From: Schmidtea nova
Lineage: Eukaryota
Assembly: GCA_044892505.1 (NCBI GenBank)
Contig: CM097884.1
Coordinates: 127,534,001-127,598,000, forward strand
Reading direction: 5' to 3'
Length of the DNA: 64,000 nt
Made by a program: the position numbers and the translations under genes. This document shows, piece after piece, positions 1 through 14,072 of this stretch (its first letter is position 1; every line of letters begins with the position of its first letter). The notes beneath the pieces were generated by a model. It saw nothing but the letters and a program-made list of their open reading frames with translations. It was not told where the DNA came from and made no database searches.

Positions 1-1684
1 TAAATTACTTGAATAATTCCGACTCTGCCGAGAGTTTTCACGTATTAGAATGTCGATAAAGCGGAACAATCTACAAATAAAGATTAAATGTTAATATAAT
101 AGTAAAAATTAAAATTACCGATTCCAATCCATAATGTGAAAAGTCGCCAACAATTACGGTGGGGAAAAAATCAATAAATTTTATTATAGGAAATCAAATT
201 TGTATATCATGAATTAACCAATGAGAACTTACGAAATTTTGCTCGTCGTTTATATAGTGTTCCTTTTCATCGGGGGATCATAGATATTTCTGACGGCGAA
301 GTGACCGGAGTTGGGTTTCTTAAATAAAAATATAATTTGGGATTTAAAAATAACAGTAAAATGCATAATAACCTTGGATAAAATTTAGGAGTAAATAACA
401 AAATAATAGGAGAAATTTTCGTCGTTACTCGTTGCTAGGGCCTCGGTAAATTTTTAAACGACGAAAATATTAAATTTTAATTAAAATTGTAGAGAATTTT
501 TAAATAAATCAAGATAGACATTAAGTAATAACACATAAGCGGAGCTTGATTGAAAATTCACATAAAACTTCGACAATGTAAAAGCTTAAAATTAACAATT
601 AGGTATAATAAAATAACAATAACTGTATATCTCCGAGTTCGAACGTTTTTAAACGAACTTTCAAATCCCGAATTGAGTGGGGATTGCATGAGGAATATAA
701 TAACTAAAATTAAAATTATCTGTATGGCGAAATAAATCCTTTTGTCTAATTGTCAGAGATCTTTGATAATGGAATAAATGTGTTTTGAACGCTATATATT
801 AAATTCTCGAAGAATGAATCAAGACCAGAAATTAGACGACCTGCTGTGTAGAGCTGCTTAAATTTAGAGACACAATCGGCAGGTGGATATCCGTTCAGCC
901 GACCTCTGAAAGTTTAACATAATATATACGTTTCTATTACCAATTGAGTTGCTATTTAAGAGCTTTTAATTCTTTCGACTTCTTAAATGACTTTGCGATT
1001 TCTTTAATAATTAGGTAAAGATGACGTTCTTTGAGCGACGGCGATTTACGAGATGAATGAATATTTTCGATTTTTGTCCAAATTTAATTTAATTTGCTAA
1101 ACTTTTAACTAAAACAATTTTCTTTCATATCTTTATGAATTTTTAAGAAAAAAATCGAAATTTTCATTCTAAAAATATTTTAATTTGTCTTAATTTGTAA
1201 TTTTTTTACATAATTGGTTTTTATGTTATATATGTATTTTTCACTAGTATAGTTGATGCGTTTTTGTTCATTTTAATTTTTAAACGTGTTTGACTGGAAA
1301 CTTTGTAGGCCGGGGTACCATTCCGTATATCACCCATATAATTACCAGAGAGTAATTATAGAAACACGAGTGAGGTAGTTGTATTTTATGAAGATGTCTT
1401 AATTACAGTGAGCCTAACAACCAAAAAAATAAACAATACATAAACCAGCAATGCATAAAAACGACATGAGTGTCAATAAAAAGGAGTTTCAACTTACCTA
1501 GTTGATAAATTAAAATTTTAATTAATTTTTACATTTTCATTTTGGCATTTTGTGTTAAACTTTTTAATTCTGTGGTATAGATTTTTTAAATTTAAAATCG
1601 ATGGTTAAAATAATCACTACGTTAACTAAATAATTTAAAATTTGTTTAAAATCTAAGATTAAATCTAGATAATTTAAATTGGAA

Positions 1685-2160
1685 ATGAATGTAAAAGAAA
1701 TAAATTTGTCTGATATTTCCAATCATGATTCTTCAAGAATTTACAAAACAGTGATTTCTGTTCATCAATTTTTAGAAAGTTTTTAATTTAAATATTTTAT
1801 TTAATTTTAATATTTATCTATATATATTTACAGACGAATTTGATAATATAAAATTATTCCAAATCATAAGCAATGATAGCGATCATTTAATAGATGAAAA
1901 TAGAATTATAATTTCTATATTTTCTTCATGTCGGACATTTATTTATCCTGTTGATTACATGGAACAATTCAATCTTTTTTCTGTTTGTAATTTAGCTAAA
2001 AAATTCTTTGAAAATGTAATTGTTTCATCTAGAGAATCTAAGAGGTCGCTCAATTATTCTTTTTAGTGTGCATATTTTACTGTTCTAGTAGGTTTTGCAT
2101 TGCATCAGTCGACATGCATAAAGATGTTACATTTACAGAAATATTAGATGATACTTTCTG
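1685..2160 (+). pseudogene. Possible spliced gene or pseudogene of unknown function
   Basis: ATG at 1685, 94-nt exon, GT-AG intron 1779-1833 (55 nt) keeps frame, ~70 open codons follow; possible second intron 2045-2088, then in-frame stops. No recognisable domain. Confidence 0.3.
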
Positions 2161-3713
2161 AAATAATTTGCATTATTCTTTTAATGTACAATCTCAATAT
2201 GGAAAATACAGCAATTCATAATAACTTTTTACTCAAATTGATCTATTGAAATTATCTTTTTTTAGCATTTTTATGGAAATAAATCTTAAATTGCCTTTAA
2301 TTTTAATTACATTATATAATCGATTTTTTATTGATTTTATAGTCTGCTAAATATTTATCGTGGCAGAGGAACATTGGTGTCATCTGCTGGGCTGTTAATG
2401 AATTATAAATTTACCAATTAATTCTTGACTCCAAGCGTACTTTATTTGACACATTAACAATTTTCATCCAATATAAACCTTTTTTGATTAACACGTGGCT
2501 ACACAGATTACAATGATACGACAAATTCAATATCACCAGATTACTGTACAGTTCTTATTACGACATTTCGCGAAGAAAAGCACTAGGATATAACGCCTAA
2601 AACTTGGTGGGTTATTGGCAATAACAAAAAACTTATTACCATGGCTCTATTCTCAATAACTTCGCATATAAACATTGAATAACCGTATTGTTTTTCGTTA
2701 CATTGTAACGTTGGTTCTGTAACAGATCTGTGGATATTCACAAAAAGTGAGTGCTGACTAATTCAAAACTAATTAACAGAATGTCTCGGGTGGGTTCAAG
2801 AGCGACTGATAGAAGGTATAATGCCCATTTTCGTCCCTTAACTATTCAAACTAATTACACGTTCCTTATATAATTATCACCGATTTTACCGTAGTGAATC
2901 CCGAGAAATACATGATGGTGCAATCTTAACTCTTGTTGAGGTTCCGAGAATCTGAATTTGATGATTTGTATATAAATAGAAAAAACAGTCTGTTTATTAA
3001 GTTTTATTTATCTATTAAGATATTTTACAATCTGATTAAAAATAAAAAAGTAACTTTCAACGATATATATTCGTGTTTATATGTGTTATGTAAGTTTATG
3101 CAGTCTCCTGAGCTGGGATGTGTAAATTTTGTATGCTCTAATTTATGTTACAAATGTCGTCTACCGAAATTGTAACTCTTCTTAAAATACAAGATTTAGG
3201 GGTGATTTGACTGGAAAATCATTCATTTTATTTGCTAAAATTTAAAGCACTTAATTTCCCAATAATGATTGTTAATTTGCTACTTGAGTTGATTGAAATT
3301 GTTTTCAAAACAGTATTGTGTTTTAACCTTGAAATATTATTTCTTTTTATTGACCTTTGTAGGTCATGAATATAATTTATTTAAACAAACAGTAATATAT
3401 TTATTTTTATTTATTTAAACAATCAGTATTATTTATTTTATTGTATTAAAATATTGTTGGGCCAAAACTGCAAATTGTTTAAATGAAGCGGTAACACAAC
3501 AAGTAGAGATCGCGCAAGATTCTAATTTAACCAAAGCATCAAGTAAAATCGAAGTAGTTAAGTGAAAACACGCCTAAATATTAAAGTGGACCAAAGTGCA
3601 TTAACAAGTCGAGAGCGCGCAAGACTCTAATCTAAAGTCCTTTAATCCAAACATCAAGGAAAAATCAAAATGGTTAAAAGAAGCACGTCTAAAAAGCTAG
3701 AATAGACAAAAAA

Positions 3714-4469
3714 CGGTAGCCGACGAGTTTATCGAAAACGAGTTTATCGAAAACGAGTTTATCGAAAACGAGTTTATCGAAAACGAGTTTATCGAAAGCG
3801 AGTTTATCGAAAACGAGTTTATCGAATGACGAGTTTATCGAAAAATATTTTAAAAATATTATTTTAATAATATTNNNNNNNNNNNNNNNNNNNNNNNNNN
3901 NNNNNNNNNNNNNNNNNNNNNNNNNNNNNNNNNNNNNNNNNNNNNNNNNNNNNNNNNNNNNNNNNNNNNNNNNNNNNNNNNNNNNNNNNNNNNNNNNNNN
4001 NNNNNNNNNNNNNNNNNNNNNNNNNNNNNNNNNNNNNNNNNNNNNNNNNNNNNNNNNNNNNNNNNNNNNNNNNNNNNNNNNNNNNNNNNNNNNNNNNNNN
4101 NNNNNNNNNNNNNNNNNNNNNNNNNNNNNNNNNNNNNNNNNNNNNNNNNNNNNNNNNNNNNNNNNNNNNNNNNNNNNNNNNNNNNNNNNNNNNNNNNNNN
4201 NNNNNNNNNNNNNNNNNNNNNNNNNNNNNNNNNNNNNNNNNNNNNNNNNNNNNNNNNNNNNNNNATTTTGGAGATAAAATCCACAATTCGTAAGTTCCTT
4301 AAAAATAATATTTTTCGATAAACTCGTCATTCGATCAATTAATCATTCGATAAACTCGTTTTCGATAAACTCGCTTTCGATAAACTCGTTTTCGATAAAC
4401 TTACCGGGAATCCAAAAAACACATCGAATATGCACGTGGAGATTATTATTATTATTATTATTATTTTTA

Positions 4470-4504
<35 letters not shown>

Positions 4505-4718
4505 ATTATTATTATTATTATTAACTTTATTATTTTTATTAATTTTGGAGATAAAATCCATAATTCGTAAGTTCCTTAAAAATAATATTTTTCGATAAAC
4601 TCGTCATTCGATCAATTAATCATTCGATAAACTCGTTTTCGATAAACTCGCTTTCGATAAACTCGTTTTCGATAAACTTACCGGGAATCCAAAAAACACA
4701 TCGAATATGCACGTGGAG

Positions 4719-4790
<72 letters not shown>

Positions 4791-5008
4791 ATTATTATTA
4801 TTAACTTTATTATTTTTATTAATTTTGGAGATAAAATCCACAATTCGTAAGTTCCTTAAAAATAATATTTTTCGATAAACTCGTCATTCGATCAATTATT
4901 CATTCGATAAACTCGTTTTCGATAAACTCGCTTTCGATAAACTCGTTTTCGATAAACTCGTTTTCGATAAACTCGTTTTCGATAAACTCGTTTTCGATAA
5001 ACTTACCG
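3714..5008. mobile_element. MITE-like element with inverted arrays of a 15-bp subterminal repeat (GAGTTTATCGAAAAC)
   Basis: Array at 3722-3845 is inverted relative to arrays at 4310-5000; ends CGGTA...TACCG; no TSD found; centre is an N gap. Confidence 0.55.
3875..4264. other. Assembly gap (N run); other gaps at 25990-26251, 30128-30281, 45276-45535, 45555-46324
   Basis: Runs of n in the sequence. Confidence 1.
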
Positions 5009-5045
5009 GGAATCCAAAAAACACATCGAATATGCACGTGGAGAA
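4265..5045. repeat. Three tandem ~278-bp units separated by (TTA)n tracts
   Basis: Unit starts ATTTTGGAGATAAAATCC at 4265, 4543 and 4823; near-identical copies; abuts an N gap. Confidence 0.85.
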
Positions 5046-5059
5046 CGCGTTCATGATAT

Positions 5060-5813
5060 AAAGCCTCGGTTGTGGAAATTTAGCATGGTTGCAGAAGGAA
5101 GATTACGATTTTATCTTAAAAATTTGTAAAAATATAAAAGAAAATGATTTTGATCGAAATTACAACAAATTAAATCAATAATAAACTTTGAAAAGAATAA
5201 TAGAATAATTGAATAGAATAAACTTCAATTCAAAAGTAAAATTTTGGATTAAAAAGAAATTATTTAAAGTTTTATGAAAATTTGATCTAAAATTATTAAT
5301 TTGGTTTTGCGGAAAATTGTTGAAATTAATTTCAAGAAAATTAGAAACTCCTTCTAGAAAGATTTGTTTTAATACCTCAATGGAATTAAAAATGCAGAAA
5401 ATTTTATATAAATACCGCCATCAAAATGGAAAAATTTAATGCTATTTTGCAAAAGATTTGCGGAGGAATTTTGTTGCTAAAGATTTTGAGGTTTTTAGCA
5501 GGGAAATTTTAACAAAGACTCTCTTACTACTGATATACCAGTGTGACTACCAGAATATTACGAAAGAAGATTATTTGTGGTCGTGAATTCGATTTATTCG
5601 TAAGAAACTTGATTTTCTTTTCCTAATTATAAAGGCCCGCGAAATCATGCCCTCGCTACCCAGCCTAGGTATTTTTCCTTATTTTAACCTTATTCAATGT
5701 GTACTATATGATATTTTATGTATTCTTTTATGAAAATTATAATTTTTTATATTCAAACTTTTATTAATTTTCGTCACATTTTCTCAGTTACTAACATCCT
5801 TTTATTGTTATTT

Positions 5814-5876
<63 letters not shown>

Positions 5877-7300
5877 TTTTTATGTATTTTCATTAAAACC
5901 ACTTCCATACCCTCTGACATTCATTCAGGCCTCGTGCCGAACGGATGGAAGTAGCCTGAGCGGATCGCTGGTTCGATTCGTAATTGATCAGTCCATTTTT
6001 CCGACTCAGGTGATACGCCCATACATCCATGATCACTTCATCCTAACTGGAGAACAGTGGCTTGGCCAAGGGCAAGGTTTTTCATATTAATGATCATCGA
6101 TTTATATTAATGTATTTTTATATGAATTATATTTTACAACATACAGTAAATTAAAATTTTATATTTTGATGAATATTAACGTTAATTCATCTAATATTAT
6201 CTTTATTTCCATCAAACTTATAAGTGTAAAACACACAGCTCGTTATTCGCTTTCGCATTCGCAAAAACCTTTTTATCTCCTCAGAACTTATGAGCCAAAC
6301 GGAGGTTGAAATTATGAAAATTGTTAAAAAACAGATGCTCAAAGATCAATATAATCATTTAGATCACGTCCGAAGAAGTGAATAATTATTGATTTATAAA
6401 AAATCAAACCTCATAGAATTATAAACTTACAAAGATTTGTTCGAAACCACAGCTCAGTGATTATTAGAAATGTTTTGAACATGCGAATAAAAATTGATTC
6501 CATCTATTTGAACTTCATTAAACTGAAGACTTTTGAAAAAATTTATAATTTATTTTCAAAGCTAATATATAATTTTTTTTATTACTTAGATTTGTGAAAC
6601 TTGTGAATAAAATTTTATTATTAAATAAATTTTATAAAATTTTTAGATATTGGTTATAAAAATAAAATTTTACTTTTATAGATATTATGTTAAGTAAAAA
6701 TTATAAAAATAAGAAAATTATAAATAAAAACTTTCCTAGAAATTCTTATATCAAACGTGAAAAATTATAAGTAAAAAAATGTACTTATTACTATATTAAA
6801 ATTTTTATCATTTTATAAAATTCCAAATTTGAAATTTCGTAGAAAAATTTACAATTAATATATATGTATATCCTTAAAATATAAAAATCCAAAAATTTAT
6901 TATCGTATTATAAAAAATATAAATTATATTATTATATATTTATTATAAAATTATAAATTTAAACTTTGTAGAAATTATAAAAATTATTATTATTTTAAAA
7001 TTATTTCATATATAAATATATATTATTTTATAAAATACCCCTCACGATATCACAAAATCATAATACATCCATATTTGCAAATCACAACATCTATTTCATT
7101 CATTAGTAACATTCATAGATAATACTATATAAAAATCCATTCATTTCTCAACACACGCAATACATTGTTTCACTCATTAACATCTAGTAACATCACACAT
7201 CCATAAGATACACACCCAAAAAATTCATTTAATAACATGTGTTTGTATCATACATCCAGAAGACCTCACAAGCACTCATCCAATCTCACCCATCAATAAA
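5060..7300 (+). repeat. Diverged dispersed repeat, copy A (inverted relative to copy B at ~10850-13370)
   Basis: Blocks at ~5220 (AACTTCAATTCAAAAGTAAAATTTTGGAT), ~5645 (CATGCCCTCG), 5900-6085 and ~6340 match the reverse complement of blocks at ~13150, ~12615, 12187-12365 and ~11900 in collinear order. Confidence 0.7.
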
Positions 7301-8519
7301 TTATCTGTTTTCATCCAACATTCAAGTCAACATACAGACACATACAATTACATATAATCACATACAATCATCCACATTCATACCGTTACGACAACAAAAC
7401 TCATTATAACCCATTAACGGATCTACTATCACTACTCCTTACATCATTCATGAAACTTCTATATCCATATCGTTTACATCAACTCATCTCATTCAACCCT
7501 CACGTACCACACACTACACTCAGAAGTTTTCATACAAAGTATTATTCTAATTTATTTGAAAGTAAATCATTCACCACGCAACGACCTAAATAAGTTGCAT
7601 CCATCTACCCAATAACCAACCGGCCAACCAGAAAATTTCACCCCAATAACAGCACAAAAAATATATTTAAACTCTTTAATTGCCTTAGATAAAATCCATT
7701 TATTATAGTACATATCTAAATATATTTATTATAAAAAATATTACGTAGGGATTATAGAAAGAAATCAAAAAGAAAACAAATTGAAAATATCCCAAAATGT
7801 ATTAATAAAAATTGTTAGTCTTCATTAACCCGTTTAAAATATGCATAAGTGGTAACTGCGACTGTGGGGCGCGCGAGTGTGAGCACCTCCAACAATGGTT
7901 TCCTCGCGGCCTTGTGATGCCTGATTCCGACACACTTTCTCTTCAAAGTTTTCTAAAATTGAAATTTATTAAATAATTGTTGGATACTTATTAATATTAA
8001 CCTTTTCAGCAAAATTGACAGTTGTATCTTCGTGCGATTGAATTTCGGTCCTTTAATGTGTTTTTACGTCCGTGTGTGGCTTCATATTTGCCGACAGTGC
8101 CGGCTTTTTATTCGTTTAGCCTTTAAAATTGTTATTAAATAAAATAATTTATAACACATAACTTACCTTCGATATTTTATTCGAATTAACTTTGTTTTTT
8201 TAAATATATATATTAGTAAATTCAAACAATGAATTTATTAATTCATAATTTAACAATAAAATAACTATTTATAAAAGAAAGATTAATGTTTTTAAAAGAA
8301 AAAAAAAGTTTAAATGCAGATTGGATTTTTTTAAAATGTTTTATTTATCAATTACCATAAAGTTCAGTATTAGCAACCTTTAGTGTTTTGTTAGTGTTTT
8401 TGATGCTCGGAATGATTTATTTGGATGCAATAATAAATTTAAAGTTACATAGATTATTTATGTTGAAATGCCGATAAAAGTTTGTGGAATGCTTATAGAT
8501 AAATCATTGAGGAAGTGAA

Positions 8520-9326
8520 AAAATGGGCATTAGACCTTCTATCGGTAGCCCTTGGACCCAGGAGATATTCGGTCAATCATAGTTACGAAATTTTGACGCT
8601 CACTGATTGTGAATACCCACCAATTTGTTGCATTACCAACGTAACATTGTGACGGGCAACAAGATGATTATTCTAGTGTTTTATGTGTTTAGTTGTTGAT
8701 GTGAGCCATAGCAACGTCAAGGTCATATTGACGATCAACAACCCACCAATATAAATCAAAATATAAGCCAAAATATTAACCACTTTCCAAATAGTTTAAA
8801 AAAATAATTTACATAAAATATTTTCAAAACAAAATATTCTTTCAAAATTACATAAAATTTTGTCCATCACCATGAAATAAAACGTCAATAAATGTTCGTA
8901 AGATCACAAATTGTAAATTGTTAAATTGTCAAATCATAAATTGTCATGATGATAGATTACAAAAATTAATTGTCAACATAATAAAGAATATTTTTTTATT
9001 TCATTATTCATTATTTTATCTTATCATTGGTCATTTTAACTAATTGAGAATTTTATTATCATTATGTATTGTTATCATCAAAAGTTTTGTATTCGATATG
9101 GTGGGTTGTAGACCGTCAATATGATCTTGACGTTCCTATGGCTCACATCAACAACTCAACACATAAAACATTAAATTAATCATCTTATTGACCGTCACAA
9201 TGTAACGTTGGTAATGCAACAAATGGGTGGGCATTCGCAATCAGTGAGCGTCGGAAAATTAGAAACTATGATTGACCGAATACTTCCTGGGTTTAAGGGC
9301 TACCGATAGAAGGTTTAATGACCATT
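8520..9326. mobile_element. MITE with ~245-bp imperfect terminal inverted repeats; partial third TIR copy at ~13530-13690
   Basis: 8522-8765 is the reverse complement of ~9085-9325; no ORF; TSD not resolved. Confidence 0.8.
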
Positions 9327-10849
9327 TTGTCTTTTATTCAACAATTTATCCCTAGACATTCAATAAAATTTTAATCCTCAACTTTTCCAACCAATTTTCG
9401 TACACTATATCATCTCAAAAACGCAAACATCGTCCAGGTTTTCATTTCAGTTACAGAATTATACTCAAACCTGTTGTTACGACTCAAATTGGTATTAATA
9501 TGTATCATTATCTTAATTTAAATTTAATATAGGGTTAAAATTAGAAAGGATTTTTTTGGGTTCATTTTACGTCGAATTAATACAGGTAATCTCATTAAAT
9601 TTATGTTAAGATTAAATTAACCAAAAACAAAAATTATATTTCAAATTATCGCCGAGGCCTTGACAACAGAATCTAAATGTTTTCCTTAAATTTTATAATT
9701 CTCATCCATTTGAAATTTCCCTTCACTGTCGTTATTAAGACTTAAGGTTTTTCGATTTTTAAAATTATATTATAGCTTTAAATTTAGGCGATCCCCCCCC
9801 TTTATTTATTGACGATAATGGGATTTTAACGGAATCTATATAAGGGAACAGCTAAAAATAACAAGTTGTGATTGGTCAGATTATATTATGGGAATTTAAA
9901 TTTCATCTCATAATTATTGATTTCAAGAAATAAAGAAGATTTCCCCCTAATTAACTTTTCATAGATGGTAAGTTAGGTTCAATTTTATATAACTATATCA
10001 CTTGCTCCCTTTAGTAATTCAGGTTTTCCTGAGATGCTGACCCAGAGAAAAAAGAGAGTTATTTATCCACCAAATTACATTAAGCATCGATACAAATCAC
10101 CATTCCCATCTTCAATATCAAGAAGATTTCCTACAAAAAATAGCAGTGGTTTCCAAATTAAAGTAACTTTAATGTTTCTTAATTTAATGGTGTAACTCTG
10201 AATTTTTAGCTCAAATTGTTATGAAATTCTACAAAGAAAATTTTCTGGATCTCACTTAAGAATTTATCATGGAATTTCTTTTTGGATTTAATTATATCCT
10301 TGCTGTTGGATTTCCTGCACGGTCAGTTATACAATTATTTTAGCAATTCATTCTAAATTCACTTTTACTTTATTTAATATGATTTTTAGTTTTGTGATTT
10401 TTCTATGAAAGTTTCATGTGATTTTCTATAATAAAGTTTTCTTTAATTAGTCTTTTGATTTCGTTTTATTGATATGATGATTGTTACTAGTCTATAATTT
10501 TTTATTTATTGTCGAGGCTAGAGGGGTCGAAGATAAATTTTAAGAATAAAGAGAATTTTGCAAACTAGTAGAAGCGATTGGAGGGAACGCTAAGAGAAAA
10601 CCAAAGGTAGTACTTGAATTTACTAAATCTTCTTGAGCACCAGAAAGGGACATATCCCATTGGGTGTTCTACCCTCACACAGAAGAGTGCATACACTGTT
10701 GGAACTTTCTGTGATTTATATTGTTGTGATATTGTAGAAAATAAAGATTACTGTGTTGGGTCTAATTTATTTTGTGAACGAAAGAACACCGGAGTCAGAT
10801 ACCAACCGACTTCTCATTAATAACTCAACATATATATACTTTAATAGAT

Positions 10850-11128
10850 TTGTTATGAATTTTCATTGTGGTGATTGTATGTTGAATAAAATAAGCAATT
10901 CATTGATAAATGAGATTGGGTGAGTGCCTGTGTGAATTTTCTGGATGTATCATGCTGATGGGTAGTATTAAATGAAATGATGGGGTGTGTGTATTGGTAA
11001 ATGAATAGATTGTCAAGTGTGGTGTTAAGTATAGATAGTTCTAATGAATGATATGAATGTAATATATTGCAAAAAGGGGTTTTATAGATTGTTTTGAGTT
11101 TTTATTTAGGGTGATTTATTAAATGATG

Positions 11129-11177
<49 letters not shown>

Positions 11178-13370
11178 ATTTTCCTAATTTTCTGAAATAA
11201 TAATTTAATTTTAACATTTATAAAATTTTATAAATAACTAAATTGGGAATTTTATGAAATGATATATATTTATAAAATGACTTTTACAATTTTATGAAAT
11301 AATAATTTGATTTTAATATTTATAAATTTTCCTAAAAATAATTAAATTCGGAATTTTATAAATTCATACTATGATAAAATTTTCGATTTATTATTTTTTT
11401 ATGTAAATTAGGAGATATTTAAATTTAAATTTTTATAAAATTCATAAAATAATAAAATTCTAAATATAATAAATTTTTATGCATTATAATTCAAATTTTC
11501 CGAAATAAATCAAAAATAAATCCAATTCAGATTAATATAAATTTTACGATAAAATTTATAATTTCCAATTTTTTCTCAAGAATTCGAATGTATTTCACTA
11601 AAGATTTTTATAAGATTTATGAAATAATAGAAGTTTAGGTTCAGGATTTTCATACAATTTATCATTAAATTCAAACTTTTCAGCTCATAGTGCTTTTCAT
11701 GATAGTTTGGAGAATTCCAATTCCGAACGCATGTGAATTTTTCAAGCAAAGTGCGCACGAATTTTTCGATACACTTCACCCGAAAACTTCAGATACCCAA
11801 AATTAGAGTTCAACTTAAGTAAATCTTATAAATAATTTTTCGATTGAGCAAAGTTCAAAATAATAAAATCAATTATAGTTCACATATTCATATATGATCT
11901 AAACATTTCTATCAATCGTTGAGCATTTATTTTTAACGATTTTCATAATCTCGATTTTCGAATGACTTTGTAATTTCTTTCACGATGAGACGTATAAGAT
12001 GTTCAAGAGGGTGAAGGTGAGTTTCGAGCTGGATATATTTGTACTGTCAAATTTTATTGTAGTAGAGATCTTGATGAATGGATGAACATTGTTTTTTTAT
12101 TGAAATATTAGTTTTCATTTTCTATGTGTAATGTAAAATATAATTTGGATAAAAATACACTATTATAAATTGATTAGCATTAGTATAAAAAACCTTGCCC
12201 TTGGCCAAGCCACTGTTCCCCGAGATAGGATGAAGTGATCATGGATTTTTGGGCTTCAACTATGGCGCAAATATGGGCTGGTCAGTAAGTAACTGAACAG
12301 CGATCCATTTAGACAACTTCCATCAGTACAGCGCGAGGTCGGACTGATGTCAGAATGTATGGAGGATAATAAAAAAAATATTTAATAGTCATAGTATTCA
12401 TAAAATAGATTTTAGTCCACTATGGGAACTTGTGACACTATTTTTCTTCTTTTAGAATATTTAAAAGAATTAAAAATAAAAATAAAGTTAATGTATTAAC
12501 AGTAATATTTATAATATAATATTAACATAATTCATAATAATTAATAAAATATGGATCAAATTTATTCCAAAATAATAAAAATAAAAATAAAATACTCAGG
12601 TGGGATAACGAGGGCATGACTCACCATCCCTAATTGGAACAAAATCATCATCCTTACAATAATGTTCTCCGAAATCAATAAAGTTGAAGGGTTTTCTTTT
12701 CTGATCGAGTGTGAGGCTCTATGGATTGTGCGGCTTTATCCTGTTTGTGGTTTCTCTGAATCCTTTTGCGATGAGCTGTTTTCGAGCTCTTAGCAGTTGT
12801 TAAAATTTTTTCTAAGAAGAAGTTCTTTTGTCGAGGTTACTATTTAAACAAGATTCTTTTATTACAAAAAGTTTTAGCGAATTCTAAAAAAAAATTTCGC
12901 AAAAAAGAATTTGTTTTCGAGAAAAAAATGTTTTTTAGCCAATTCTTAGCCAATTCTGACGATTTCGATTCTGATGACAGTATATATATATATATAAGAT
13001 GTTCTGTGTGTTGTAATCATTGATGTAATATAACAAATGTTTCTAGGAGGAATTTTTGATTCTTTCAAAATTAAATTTAACAATTTTAAGCAAGATCGAA
13101 TTAATATTTTTGCATAAAATTTTAATTAAACTTTAAACAATTTTTTTTTGATCCAAAATTTTACTTTTGAATCAAAGTTTTTTCTAATTTAATTTAATTT
13201 GTTAATTTTTGACTAAAACAATTTTCTTTTATATTTTTATGAATTTTTAAGAAAAAAATCAAAATTTTTCTTCTAAAAATATTTTATTTTTTCCTAATTT
13301 GTGATTTTATTACATAATTGATTTTCACGTGTTTACTTAATGCGTTTTTGTTCATTTTAATTTTTAAACG
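10850..13370 (-). repeat. Diverged dispersed repeat, copy B; a related fragment lies at ~950-1290
   Basis: See copy A; 13190-13370 also matches 1080-1290 directly. Confidence 0.65.
12165..12301 (-). ncRNA. Candidate HDV-like ribozyme or other structured RNA (second copy at 5967-6100, +)
   Basis: Minus strand has GCUGUUC (12301-12295) complementary to GAACAGU (12218-12212) with G-U at the first pair, followed by GG, a UCC-containing loop and a CUUG/CAAG hairpin. P2 and J4/2 could not be assigned cleanly. Confidence 0.3.
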
Positions 13371-14072
13371 TGTTTTATTTAATTATCTCGTTGTTTTGTA
13401 ATTGTTTTGTTTTACTTGGTGTTTTGGCTCAGAGAATTTTAATTTAACTTCTTGCGCGCACTCTACGTGCTGTGTTACTGCTTCATTCAAACAACTCTTA
13501 GTTTTTGCCCAACACAATCATAATTTGGATTTTTCGACGCTCACTGTTTGCGAGCATCCATCCATTTGTTACATTACCAACGTTACATTATGACTGGCAA
13601 CAAGATGGGTTTGACTTAATTTTATGTGTTGAGTTGTTGATGTGATTCCTAGCAACGTCAAGGTCATATTGACTATCAACAAACAACCATTATGAAAAAC
13701 TGTTCTAATGCCTACTATTTGGGCTTGTCAAGCTTTAATATTAAATGTTTTGGGTTATATTGCTTCTTGAGCTTTGAATTCACCTCTTTTTGTATGTACT
13801 TTTTTTTTGATGTATTAAAACAAAATTTAATTTCACTCCTACTAGATAAAAACTTAGATCGGGTAGTTTAAAATTATGGGCTCCTAGTCATTAAATTAGT
13901 TTATGGATGTTGAGGCATCTACTTAAATATCAGCAAAATAAATAAAGACGATACCAACAATTTCTGTTAAATAGAAAACATTGATCTAGAAAAGTAAATA
14001 AAATTCTAATAGTAAATCGATCAAAAATGAACAAAAAATTTTACTGATGACTTCATATCATTTTCAATTTTT

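Noticed and set aside
3689-4330. ORFs spanning N gaps (also 25797-26346, 30119-30388, 45158-46346)
   Set aside because: Open only because Ns contain no stops.
5925-5985. tRNA gene or tRNA-derived SINE head (A/B-box-like)
   Set aside because: No cloverleaf, and the B-box-like GGTTCGATTC is absent from the second copy.
6020-6090. U1 snRNA (CCATGATCAC...GTGG..AGGGC.AGG similarity)
   Set aside because: No 5' ATACTTACCTG, no Sm site, no stem-loops II-IV, and a 20-nt insert in the 70K loop; kept only as an unresolved structured block.
8530-8552. Shared ~18-mer AGACCTTCTATCGG.AGC between the MITE TIR and the LTR
   Set aside because: A 17/18 match is within chance expectation for a 64-kb two-strand comparison.
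7827-9540. piggyBac-type MITE bounded by TTAACCC...GGGTTAA
   Set aside because: Ends do not match beyond the CCC.
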